Assembly (NCBI GenBank): GCA_963674745.2
Contig: CAXXDV010000001.1
Coordinates: 1,344,001-1,408,000, forward strand
Source of the DNA: Desulfosudaceae bacterium
Lineage (GTDB): Bacteria > Desulfobacterota > Desulfobacteria > Desulfobacterales > Desulfosudaceae
Length of the DNA: 64,000 nucleotides
Direction: 5' to 3'
The translations under genes were made by a program, and so were the position numbers. The notes under the pieces are model-generated. The model did no database searches, was not told the DNA's origin, and saw only the letters and a program-made list of their open reading frames with translations. Positions 1-9,063 of this stretch are shown here, one piece after another (within the stretch, counting starts at the first letter, position 1; every line of letters begins with the position of its first letter).

Positions 1-1
1 C

Positions 2-922
2 GAAAAAGACCTGCTCATCGCTGAAACTGAAGGCACGCGGTCGGACATCATTTGCCAGACCGCCGCCGCCTTTATCAATGTGCTGATGGCGCAGGAAAAC
101 CTGCATATCACCCTTGAAAAAGAGAAGGTGGCCGATCAGGTTTTTGAAACAGCCAGACAACAGGTTATGGCCGGCCATGTCGCGCCAATGGAAGCGGTAA
201 CAGCCGAAATAAATAAAAAAAAGGCGAGACTTGAAGTAGAAAAAGCGGAAAATGAAAACCTGGTTTTTCGGACCCTGCTGTCGGCCATGTGGGATGGTTC
301 GGCTGATGACTTTGGCCAGGCGGTTGGCGCCTTTGATCGAATTCAGCCGCTTCCCGCTCTCGAAGCGTTGACCGAGGCCATCGACAATTCACCTGTGATC
401 AGGGCGAAACGGTCGGAAATCAGCATCGCGGCCAACTGCTTGACGCTTGAAAACCGGAGCCGCATACCCGACCTGTCCCTTTCCGGTGGCATGAAGGAAT
501 CAGACGAGATTGACGACACAATTTACATTGTGGGCATCTCCATGCCTATTCCGTTATTTGACCGGAACCAGGGGGGGGTAGCCCGGGCTTCCGCCGAGCT
601 GAGGCAGCAGCAGGCTGAGTTGAAAGCGGAAAAGAAGCGGTTGCTGACAGAAGTTCAAACGGCTTTTCAAAGGTTGAAAACCGTGCATGATCAGGTCAAT
701 ACCATGAAAACCAACATCCTGCCTGCCGCTGAAAACGTGCTTGATACCGTCAAGGAAGGGTATCGGGAAGGAGAATTCAGTCTCCTTGATATGCTGGCAG
801 CCCAGGGCACTTTTTATGAAACCCGGGAAAGCCATATTGCGTCACTGGGGCAGTATCATCACACCATAATTGACCTGGAAAGACTGCTGGGGCGGGACCT
901 TCTTCGGCTCAACCAGGATTAG
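2..922 (+). CDS. czcC: TolC/CzcC-family outer membrane efflux protein, 5' truncated by the window edge
   Basis: Frame is open from base 2. OEP-type motifs (PDLSLSGG, GISMPIPLFDRNQG, YREGEFSLLDML). Lies directly upstream of adaptor and RND genes. Symbol is family-level. Confidence 0.88.
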   Translation, partial: EKDLLIAETEGTRSDIICQTAAAFINVLMAQENLHITLEKEKVADQVFETARQQVMAGHVAPMEAVTAEINKKKARLEVEKAENENLVFRTLLSAMWDGSADDFGQAVGAFDRIQPLPALEALTEAIDNSPVIRAKRSEISIAANCLTLENRSRIPDLSLSGGMKESDEIDDTIYIVGISMPIPLFDRNQGGVARASAELRQQQAELKAEKKRLLTEVQTAFQRLKTVHDQVNTMKTNILPAAENVLDTVKEGYREGEFSLLDMLAAQGTFYETRESHIASLGQYHHTIIDLERLLGRDLLRLNQD

Positions 923-957
923 CCAGTTAAAGAAATTAAAATAAGGAGTCATATTTA

Positions 958-2340
958 ATGAATACCAAACATATCGTTCTGATTGTCATCATAGCGGCGG
1001 CACTTGTCGGTTTTCGGGTCCATAATGCCGGATCAGTCGTCGAACCGGTAACAGTATACATCGAACACAATGACGAAAAAAATTCCGCCCATGCCCATGA
1101 TCACATGGACCATGAAACAGCGGATACGCATGAAGGCCATAACCATTCAGCCCATGACGAAGAGGAGGCGGTGCATCAAGAAGCAGCCGAAGCCGGTCAT
1201 GACGGCCATGAAGATGCGTGCCAAGAGACCGGCGGGCATGACCGTCATGAAGGTCATGAACATGAAGACGTTGTTGAGCTGATGACCGCCGCCCAGGCTG
1301 AGGAAGCGGGTCTAACGACCGATATCATAAAAACCGGTTCCATCAACCGGCAGATTAAACTTACCGGCGAGGTCCGTTTTAATCAGGACCGCATCATACA
1401 CCTGGTGCCCCGGATTGCCGGCGTGGTGGCTTCGGTCAGCAACAATCTGGGTGATCATGTTGAAAAAGGCGATGTGCTGGCGATTATACACAGCCGTGAA
1501 CTGACGGATATCAAATCCGAATACCTTTCGGCCATCGGGCGGATTGAAAACGCCAAAATTAACTTTGAACGCGAGGCCGCTTTGTGGGAAAAGAAAATCA
1601 TTCCTGAACGGCAATACCTGGCCGGCAAACAGATCTTTGTTGAAACCCGCATTGCACTGCAGGCTGCCGAGCGCAAACTCCATGCGCTGGGCTTTTCCGA
1701 ACGCTATATCTCGGGGCTTCCCGGGCAGCCCCATGAAACCCTGTTTCTATATCAGTTAATCGCACCGGCAGACGGCGTCATTATTGAAAAACACATCGTG
1801 CAGGGAGAACTGGTGACAACCGAATCGCCGGTGTTTATTGTTGCCGATACCACCTCCCTCTGGATCGACTTGCAGGTATACCTTAAGGACTTACCATTTA
1901 TAGAAACCGGGCAGAAAGTGCTGGTCAGCGCTCAGGATGATAAACTGGTCGCAAAAGGCGTTATTTCCTTTTTATCGCCTGTGATCAATCGGGAGACGCG
2001 TACCGCTCTGGCGCGAGTCGAGCTTTCAACGGCTGACCCGATGTGGCGGGCCGGGTTGTTTGCTACGGCTGTCGTAACGCCGGAACAAAAAAGCGACAGC
2101 CGTATGGTTGCTGTTCCCACCAAAGCCATCCAGACCATAGAGGGAAGGCCGACGCTGTTTATTTTAACGGACGAAGGTTATGTTCCCAGGACAGTGAAGA
2201 CAGGAAGATCCAACAATACCCATGTCGAGATTGTTGCCGGCGTCAATGTCGGTGAGACCTATGTCAGCAACGGGTCCTTTGAATTAAAGGCCAAAATGGT
2301 TACCAGTGCCATGGACGGTCATGCCGGTCACGGGCACTAA
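958..2340 (+). CDS. czcB: CzcB/CusB-family RND periplasmic adaptor with His-rich insert
   Basis: N-terminal anchor, His/acidic linker, biotinyl-lipoyl-like segments (PRIAGVV..GDHVEKGD; APADGVIIEK), AAGGAG RBS. Symbol is family-level. Confidence 0.9.
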   Translation: MNTKHIVLIVIIAAALVGFRVHNAGSVVEPVTVYIEHNDEKNSAHAHDHMDHETADTHEGHNHSAHDEEEAVHQEAAEAGHDGHEDACQETGGHDRHEGHEHEDVVELMTAAQAEEAGLTTDIIKTGSINRQIKLTGEVRFNQDRIIHLVPRIAGVVASVSNNLGDHVEKGDVLAIIHSRELTDIKSEYLSAIGRIENAKINFEREAALWEKKIIPERQYLAGKQIFVETRIALQAAERKLHALGFSERYISGLPGQPHETLFLYQLIAPADGVIIEKHIVQGELVTTESPVFIVADTTSLWIDLQVYLKDLPFIETGQKVLVSAQDDKLVAKGVISFLSPVINRETRTALARVELSTADPMWRAGLFATAVVTPEQKSDSRMVAVPTKAIQTIEGRPTLFILTDEGYVPRTVKTGRSNNTHVEIVAGVNVGETYVSNGSFELKAKMVTSAMDGHAGHGH

Positions 2341-2396
2341 TCAGGGCCGGGCAAAACGTTTTCAACAAGCTCAATTTTATGCATAAGGAACAATAA

Positions 2397-5300
2397 ATGA
2401 TTGATTATATAATTGAAAAAGCCATAAAAGAGCGGCTGATCATTATTATCGGCCTGCTCTGCATTATCGGTTACGGCATTTATGAATATAATAGGCTTCC
2501 GGTAGAGGCTTTTCCCGATGTGTCACCGGTCATGGTGCCTGTTTTTGCTGAAGCCCATGGCATGGCACCCGAGGAGGTGGAGCGGCTGATCACATTTCCG
2601 GTTGAAACAGCCATGAACGGGCTGCCCGGCGTATCCCAGGTCAAGTCCACCTCCGCTTTTGGCATGGCCGCGGTTTATGTCTATTTCTCCGATGAAACGG
2701 ATATTTACTTTGCCCGCCAGATTGTGGCCGAGCGCCTGGCCAACGCCATGGCCGATCTGCCGGAAATGCATGAACCGCCCGGACTGGGGCCGATTTCATC
2801 CGGCCTGGGCCAGATTTTCATCTATTATTTGACCATCAGCGAGGATGCCGATACCGGGGGCAGGGATCCGGCTACTTTTCTGCGAGAAGTTAACGACTGG
2901 ATCGTCAAGTTCCAACTTCAATCCATTCCCGGCGTTACCGATATCCTTTCCATCGGCGGTCATATTCTACAATACCAGGTAAAGATTAATCCTGATCGAA
3001 TGAACCAGTTTCACATCAGTCTGGGGGAACTGGTGAAAACCATTCAAAACAACAACAACAATGCCGGCGGGCAGTTTTTGACCCTGAACCATGAAGAATA
3101 TCTGGTCCGGGGCATCGGCCTGCTTCAGGACCTGAACGATATCCGTGACCTGCCCATCAAGGTGGTCAACGGCACGCCGGTTCGGGTCAAGGATGTGGCC
3201 GAAGTTGATTTCGGCAAGGAACTCCGTCGAGGTATCGTCACCCGAAACGGAGAAAAAGAAGTCGTCTCCGGCATCGTAATGCAATTGTTCGGAGAAAACA
3301 CGTCGGATGTCATCGAGCGGCTTTACGACAAAATTCCCGCCATACAAGCGTCGCTTCCGGAAGGGATAGAACTGGTTCCCTTTTATGAACAGGCGGAACT
3401 GGTATCAAAGGCTACCGGGACGGTTAAAAAAGCGCTGGTTTTCGGGGCCGTACTGGTCATCTGTTCGCTGTTTCTGTTTCTGGGTAATCTGCGTACCGCC
3501 CTGATCGTGGCCTTTGCCCTGCCGCTGTGCGTGTTGATTGCCGTCATTTTTATGGGGCTGAAAGGCTTATCCGCCAATCTCATGTCTTTGGGCGGGATTG
3601 CCGTGGGTATCGGCATGCTCGGTGATGGTGCAATCGTTATGGTTGAAAATATTTTTCGGCATTTGTCCCTGCCCGAAAACCGCGGTCGTCCAAAAATCGA
3701 TACGATTGTCCGGGCAGCCCGGGAAGTCGGGCGCCCAATTGTTTTTTCCATAGCCATCATCGTAATCGTTTTCATACCGATTTTTACCCTGCAGCAGGTG
3801 GAAGGCAAAATGTTTTCACCCATGGCTTTTACCATCGTTTTTGCCTTGATCGGATCGATTCTAGCCGCCCTGGTGATGGCCCCGGTGGTGTCCGTCTATG
3901 TTTTACAGCCCCGGAAAGGCCGTGAGTTTATTGTCTTGCGGTTTTTCAAGAAGCTCTACCGACCGGCGCTGGAAAAGGCCATAGATCATAAAAAAACGGT
4001 CCTGTTTATCACGATTATTGTTTTTTTCGTCAGCCTGATGCTGGTACCAAGGCTGGGCACGGAGTTTATTCCGACGCTTGAAGAAGGCTCCATCCTGATT
4101 GGTGTAACCATGGCGCCGGCCATTTCCATGGACAAGGGAAAAGAAATCATCATGAAAATGGAACGAAAAATCATGGCCTTTGATGCGGTAAAAGAAACCG
4201 TTTCCCGCATCGGCCGGCCGGAAGCCGGCAGTCATCCGCACCCGGTTAATTACGCAGAGGTTCACATTGAGCTCAAACCGGCCCATGAATGGAAAAAATA
4301 TAAAAGCAAGGCCGGGCTTATTACCGCATTGGAAAAGACGTTGAAAACGTATCCCGGGGTCCAGCTTAATTTTACCCAGCCCATTCAGAACGCTTTTGAT
4401 GAGCTGCTGTCCGGTGTTAAATCCCAGTTGGCGATTAAGTTGTTCGGTGATGATTTAAGCATTTTAAAAACCAAGGCCGAGGAAATTAAAAGCGCCATAA
4501 TTGATATTCCCGGGCTGGTGGACCTTTCCACGGAACAGAGTTTCGGTCAGCCTCAGGTTCAGATTGTCGCCGATCGTCAAGCCTGCTCTCGCTATGGGGT
4601 CAATGTGTCTGAATTGCTGGAAGTTGTTGAGCTGGCTATTGGCGGAGAAGTCATTGATCAGATGTATCTGAACAGCCGGCGCTTCGGCATCCATGTGCGG
4701 TTTCAGGAGTCTTTCCGCTCAGACCCGGCAGCCATTTCAAACCTGCTCATTCAGGCCGAAAACGGGCAGTTGGTGCCATTGTCCCAGGTGGCCCGGGTCA
4801 GGACGGTCATCGGTCCGGTCCAGATAAACCGGGAACAGAATCAGCGACGGTGGATGATTCAAGCCAATGTCCGGGGTCGGGACATGGGCGGCGTCGTCGC
4901 CGACATCCAGCGACTGATCGCGGATAAAGTTGATTTGCCGCCGGGTTATTATGTTGATTACGGCGGACAGTTCGAGAATCAGCAACGGGCCATGAAGCGT
5001 CTGGCGATTATTGTTCCTATTGCCATTCTGCTGATTTTTCTGATGCTGTATATGGCTTTTGACGATTTTCGCAACTCCCTGCTGATAATCGTAAACGTTC
5101 CCCTGTCCCTGATCGGTGGTATTGTGGGGCTTTATGTGTGTGGAGAATATCTTTCCGTGCCGGCTTCGGTCGGATTTGTCGCGCTTTTTGGTATTGCGGT
5201 CCAGAACGGTGTCGTGCTGGTATCGTATATCAGGCAGGAACGGGTGCAGGGCATGGCGCTCAGAGCGGCCCTGGTTAACGGCGCGCTACTTCGACTGCGG

Positions 5301-5480
5301 CCGGTGCTGATGACGGCTTTTACCACCATTGTCGGCCTGATACCGCTGTTGCTGTCTACCGGAATCGGTTCGGAAGTTCAGCGCCCGCTGGCTATCGTGG
5401 TTGTTTTCGGTCTGATTTCATCAACATTGCTGACGCTGTTTCTGATTCCGGCCATGTATGGGTGGTTTGAAAAGGGATAA
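2397..5480 (+). CDS. czcA: CusA/CzcA-family heavy-metal efflux RND permease
   Basis: 1027 aa. Motifs LPVEAFPDVS, EEVERLITFPVE, NLMSLGG...DGAIVMVEN, RLRPVLMT, GSEVQRPLA. Metal specificity uncertain. Confidence 0.93.
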   Translation: MIDYIIEKAIKERLIIIIGLLCIIGYGIYEYNRLPVEAFPDVSPVMVPVFAEAHGMAPEEVERLITFPVETAMNGLPGVSQVKSTSAFGMAAVYVYFSDETDIYFARQIVAERLANAMADLPEMHEPPGLGPISSGLGQIFIYYLTISEDADTGGRDPATFLREVNDWIVKFQLQSIPGVTDILSIGGHILQYQVKINPDRMNQFHISLGELVKTIQNNNNNAGGQFLTLNHEEYLVRGIGLLQDLNDIRDLPIKVVNGTPVRVKDVAEVDFGKELRRGIVTRNGEKEVVSGIVMQLFGENTSDVIERLYDKIPAIQASLPEGIELVPFYEQAELVSKATGTVKKALVFGAVLVICSLFLFLGNLRTALIVAFALPLCVLIAVIFMGLKGLSANLMSLGGIAVGIGMLGDGAIVMVENIFRHLSLPENRGRPKIDTIVRAAREVGRPIVFSIAIIVIVFIPIFTLQQVEGKMFSPMAFTIVFALIGSILAALVMAPVVSVYVLQPRKGREFIVLRFFKKLYRPALEKAIDHKKTVLFITIIVFFVSLMLVPRLGTEFIPTLEEGSILIGVTMAPAISMDKGKEIIMKMERKIMAFDAVKETVSRIGRPEAGSHPHPVNYAEVHIELKPAHEWKKYKSKAGLITALEKTLKTYPGVQLNFTQPIQNAFDELLSGVKSQLAIKLFGDDLSILKTKAEEIKSAIIDIPGLVDLSTEQSFGQPQVQIVADRQACSRYGVNVSELLEVVELAIGGEVIDQMYLNSRRFGIHVRFQESFRSDPAAISNLLIQAENGQLVPLSQVARVRTVIGPVQINREQNQRRWMIQANVRGRDMGGVVADIQRLIADKVDLPPGYYVDYGGQFENQQRAMKRLAIIVPIAILLIFLMLYMAFDDFRNSLLIIVNVPLSLIGGIVGLYVCGEYLSVPASVGFVALFGIAVQNGVVLVSYIRQERVQGMALRAALVNGALLRLRPVLMTAFTTIVGLIPLLLSTGIGSEVQRPLAIVVVFGLISSTLLTLFLIPAMYGWFEKG

Positions 5481-5716
5481 CCGGTCGTGTTCGGGTTGGT
5501 CTTGATCCATTATTTTCTTGTTTGTTTATTTTCAATTGATTATTCTGGACATATAAATTCCTGATAACTTCTAATACGAAGCTGGTGTTCAGAGCGCTTC
5601 TTGGGGCTTGTTTGATAAAAAGGCGGGCGAAAAGGGTTCCGTATTTAACAGGTTCCTTTTCATGAAATATCCAGGCAGGTAGACAATCGGTTTTAGCACT
5701 CAAAAAGGAGGAAATT

Positions 5717-5908
5717 ATGAAAGCACGTGTCACCGGTCAATGTATGGGAGATCGTAACTGCAACAATTTGTGTCCGGAAGTGTTTCAGTATGATGAAGAT
5801 CAGTTAAAGTCCGTGGTGCAGTTTGATGAGATCCCGGAGAAATACGAGGAAGTGGTGCGCCGGGCGGCCGAGGAGTGCGGCGCCCAGGCCATTGAAATCG
5901 AAGAGTAA
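5717..5908 (+). CDS. Single-cluster ferredoxin (3Fe-4S/4Fe-4S)
   Basis: CMGDRNCNNLCP plus distal EECGAQAI; AGGAGG RBS. Confidence 0.85.
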   Translation: MKARVTGQCMGDRNCNNLCPEVFQYDEDQLKSVVQFDEIPEKYEEVVRRAAEECGAQAIEIEE

Positions 5909-5943
5909 TACCCGGGTGTTTACTTTAGCCCAAAGGAGGGCAG

Positions 5944-6519
5944 ATGGGTAAATTTCGTGACAGCCGGACCGCCCGCAACCTGTTGCTTTCGTTTGCGGGA
6001 GAGTCCCAGGCTCGAAACCGCTATACGTATTTCGCGCGCCAGGCTTTTGAAGAGGGGTTTGTTCAGATTGCCGATATTTTTGAAGAGACGGCTGATCAGG
6101 AATGCGAACACGCCCTGCGGTTTTTCAAATTTTTCAACGGCGGAGAGATGGAGATCACCGGCAGCTTTCCGTCCGGTGTGATCAAGAGCACCTACGACAA
6201 CCTGCTGGCGGCGGCTGACGGCGAACGATTCGAGCACAGTGAGCTTTACCCGGGGTTCGCGCAGACAGCCCGCGAAGAAGGCTTTGAGCGGGCCGCCGAT
6301 ACCTGGGACGCCATCAGTGTTTCCGAACAGCAGCATGAAAAACGATACCGGGACCTGGCGGCCAACCTGCAGGCTGACCGGGTATTTTCCCGGGAGCAGA
6401 AAACGGTCTGGCGCTGCCGCAATTGCGGGTACCTGCATACCGGTACCGAAGCCCCGGAAAAGTGCCCGGCCTGTGTCATGCCGCAGGGGTATTTCGAGCT
6501 GCTGGCGGAAAACTGGTAG
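5944..6519 (+). CDS. rbr: Rubrerythrin
   Basis: FAGESQARNRY, ExEHA, ExxHEKRY di-iron motifs; C-terminal rubredoxin domain WRCRNCGY...CPAC. Confidence 0.96.
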   Translation: MGKFRDSRTARNLLLSFAGESQARNRYTYFARQAFEEGFVQIADIFEETADQECEHALRFFKFFNGGEMEITGSFPSGVIKSTYDNLLAAADGERFEHSELYPGFAQTAREEGFERAADTWDAISVSEQQHEKRYRDLAANLQADRVFSREQKTVWRCRNCGYLHTGTEAPEKCPACVMPQGYFELLAENW

Positions 6520-6540
6520 GGGGCCGGTCAAAAAAACATT

Positions 6541-7026
6541 CTATTTCTTTTTTCCTGCAGCGACGGCCGGGTTGAGCATGTCCGTGCCGTCGCGATGGGT
6601 ATATTCGATGTCCTGGGCCTGCACCGGCTTTCCGCAGTGGCTGCAGCACATGATGGGTTTCAGCCGGTGACCGCAGGTTTTGTGGTGAAGCATCAATGGC
6701 GGTCCCTGGCCGTCATCCAGCCACTTGTCCCCCCACTGCATCATGGTCAGAATAACCGGGTAAAGGTCCAGTCCTTTTACGGTCAACCGGTATTGAATCC
6801 GGCGGGCGTCATCCGGGTCGGTTCGTTTTTCCATAATACCGTTTTCGGTCAAAATCTTAAGGCGATCAGAGAGGATGTTGGTGGCAATGCCCAGGTTGGC
6901 CTTAAACCGGTCATAATAGCGGACACCGAAAAACGCCTCCCGCAATATCAGAAACAGCCAGCGATCCCCCAGCACCATCAACAACCGGGCCACTGAACAG
7001 TTCCGGAAATCCGTTTCTTTTTTCAT
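6541..7026 (-). CDS. HxlR-family winged-helix transcriptional regulator
   Basis: CSVARLLMVLGDRW.FLILRE, LGIATNILSDRLK.L, YRLT.KG.DL; C-terminal HxxCG...CxxCG. Confidence 0.92.
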   Translation of the reverse strand: MKKETDFRNCSVARLLMVLGDRWLFLILREAFFGVRYYDRFKANLGIATNILSDRLKILTENGIMEKRTDPDDARRIQYRLTVKGLDLYPVILTMMQWGDKWLDDGQGPPLMLHHKTCGHRLKPIMCCSHCGKPVQAQDIEYTHRDGTDMLNPAVAAGKKK

Positions 7027-7067
7027 CTGCAGGCCTCCTCAAAAAAATTTATAAAAAAATACATTTT

Positions 7068-7125
7068 TAACTTGCATTTTGCAAGCGGTTTTGTAAAATA
7101 TAATTAACTTGCAAAAAGAAAGTTA
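7068..7125. promoter_or_regulatory. Two related palindromic operators (consensus TAACTTGCA-N3-TGCAAGTTA) in the divergent HxlR/hydratase promoter
   Basis: CTTGCA-ttt-TGCAAG at 7071-7085 and TAACTTGCA-aaa-AGAAAGTTA at 7105-7125. Confidence 0.6.
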
Positions 7126-7163
7126 AAAAACCGTGTAATGTAAACAACTAAAAGGAGGTCACC

Positions 7164-8024
7164 ATGAGCACCCAGGATTTGATACTGAGCATGGACGGCG
7201 ATACCGCCCGCATCACCTTAAACCGGCCTGAGGTGAAAAACGCCTTGAGCATGGCGCTCTCGGAAATGCTGGTTGATGCCGTCGGGAAGATAAAACGATC
7301 CACAGCCATTAAATTTGTCGTTTTTCAGGGTGCCGGTGATACGTTTTGCGCCGGTGACGATATCACTGAAATGATGCGCTGGGCGGAAGATGAGAACGGT
7401 GAATATACCCAGGGCGCCAACGGGGTCATGCGCCGGGTAAGGATTTATCAGGATATGGCCAATGCCATTGAAGATCTGGATAAAATGACCATCAGCGCCG
7501 TGGACGGTTATGCCGTGGGCGGCGGCCTTGAAATTACCATGGCCTGTGATTTTGTCATCGCCACCGAACGGGCCATATGGGGGATGCCGGAAGTTGACAG
7601 CGGGATTACCCCCGGCTGGGGCGGTACAACCCGTATGTCGCGTTATATTGGAAAACGCCGGACCAAAGAGATCAATATCATCGGTGCCCTCATGCCGGCC
7701 AGAAAAGCCGTGGAATGGAACCTGTGGAACCGGGTGGTGTCTGACGACAGGCTGAACGAGGAAGTGGAGGCGCTGCTTGAGGTTTTGCGGGCCAAAAATC
7801 AGCAGGCCTGTCGACAGTTGAAGTACATTATCAACCGCGGCTGCGAAACCGAACTCTATACCGCCCAGGGCTTTGAGATGCTGTCGGCCGGCCTGAGCGG
7901 CGCTGTCAACGGCTTATGGCAGGTTCAGGACGCGGATCAGGGCAGCGGCATCCTGGATTTTGCCGAAAAAGGGAGCCTGTGGCACAAGCGGCGCAGCCTG
8001 GCCAGGCATTTTTGGGCGGATTGA
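7164..8024 (+). CDS. Enoyl-CoA hydratase/isomerase (crotonase) family protein
   Basis: ITLNRPEVKNAL, FCAGDD, AVDGYAVGGGLE, GMPEVDSGITPGWGGT. Confidence 0.92.
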   Translation: MSTQDLILSMDGDTARITLNRPEVKNALSMALSEMLVDAVGKIKRSTAIKFVVFQGAGDTFCAGDDITEMMRWAEDENGEYTQGANGVMRRVRIYQDMANAIEDLDKMTISAVDGYAVGGGLEITMACDFVIATERAIWGMPEVDSGITPGWGGTTRMSRYIGKRRTKEINIIGALMPARKAVEWNLWNRVVSDDRLNEEVEALLEVLRAKNQQACRQLKYIINRGCETELYTAQGFEMLSAGLSGAVNGLWQVQDADQGSGILDFAEKGSLWHKRRSLARHFWAD

Positions 8025-8028
8025 GAGG

Positions 8029-8871
8029 TCAGAGGGTGAAGCGGAGAAACGGCCTCATCCGGTTCCGACGCATGGAAAAAACCATGCCGGGCGTGGGTAG
8101 AAAAAAGGGATCATAAACCGGAAAGCCAAGGCCGGGCATCTTTTTGGTGAGGCCGTATTTTCCGGGATGAAAAACCATTTCAGATAAGGGCAGGGTCAGT
8201 TTATAGTCATAATCCAGCCGACCTTCGCCGACAATACCGACAAACCGGGAAACGCTTTCCGGGTCACGCAAGGTGCCGCGGACACCGGGATGGTCCTGCT
8301 GCCACTTTCGGGCCGCTTCCCGGGAAGCAAAGAAGCTGTTAAAATCACACCAGCCGACAACGTTGTCCGGTAATTGTCGCAAGGCAGCACCGAAATGAAC
8401 CACCAGGGTTGAGGGGGCGTAATTGACCAGGATACCGTCCCGGCCGATCAGCCGTACCGGCTCGCCGGTCTGGCGGCAACGGGATTCCACCACGACCTCT
8501 TTGCCCGGAAACATATAGGAAATGCCGCAGCATTCCACCGCGCATTCGCCAAACCATTTCTGTTCACCGTCTACTGTAACCGGGTAGTGGTTTTTAAAGG
8601 TGGCAAACGGCCGCACGTAGAATATTTCACCAGGACGGGGCAGCCCCTCTTCAGACGTTTCATCTTGAAACGTTTGCTGACGGGAATGGGCTTCGGTCTG
8701 AAGCGCGATCACCAGGGCCGCTTCCAGATCATGTAGAACGTCCGACAGGGCCTGGTCGGATAAGTTATGCTGTTCGGCCAGCTCCGCCACACCGGGACAG
8801 GTGCCGTGGATCAGCATATTGTCCATAAGGGTTTTTCTTACCTGAAGAGCGGTATCGGAAAGGGTTGCCAT
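8029..8871 (-). CDS. Organomercurial lyase MerB-like protein
   Basis: ATG at 8871 has a GGAG RBS, so the track start at 8973 is probably too long. MerB-like pattern: N-terminal HTH-like part, WFGECAVEC, VESRCRQTGEPVRL, WCDFNSFFASREAARKW. Confidence 0.7.
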   Translation of the reverse strand: MATLSDTALQVRKTLMDNMLIHGTCPGVAELAEQHNLSDQALSDVLHDLEAALVIALQTEAHSRQQTFQDETSEEGLPRPGEIFYVRPFATFKNHYPVTVDGEQKWFGECAVECCGISYMFPGKEVVVESRCRQTGEPVRLIGRDGILVNYAPSTLVVHFGAALRQLPDNVVGWCDFNSFFASREAARKWQQDHPGVRGTLRDPESVSRFVGIVGEGRLDYDYKLTLPLSEMVFHPGKYGLTKKMPGLGFPVYDPFFLPTPGMVFSMRRNRMRPFLRFTL

Positions 8872-9063
8872 AAGCGGTCTCCGTTCGTGTTCTAGGGCAC
8901 GGCATCTAAAAATGTGCTTTAATATCAAGATGATAATTATACATTTATAAGACCTGTCAGAAACGGTTGTCAATGAAAAACCGCCCCCTGTTTTTGATAA
9001 TGGAAAAAAATCTAAAAAGATGGTATTTTATAAAAATAATAGAAATCAATTCATGGACGTTTC

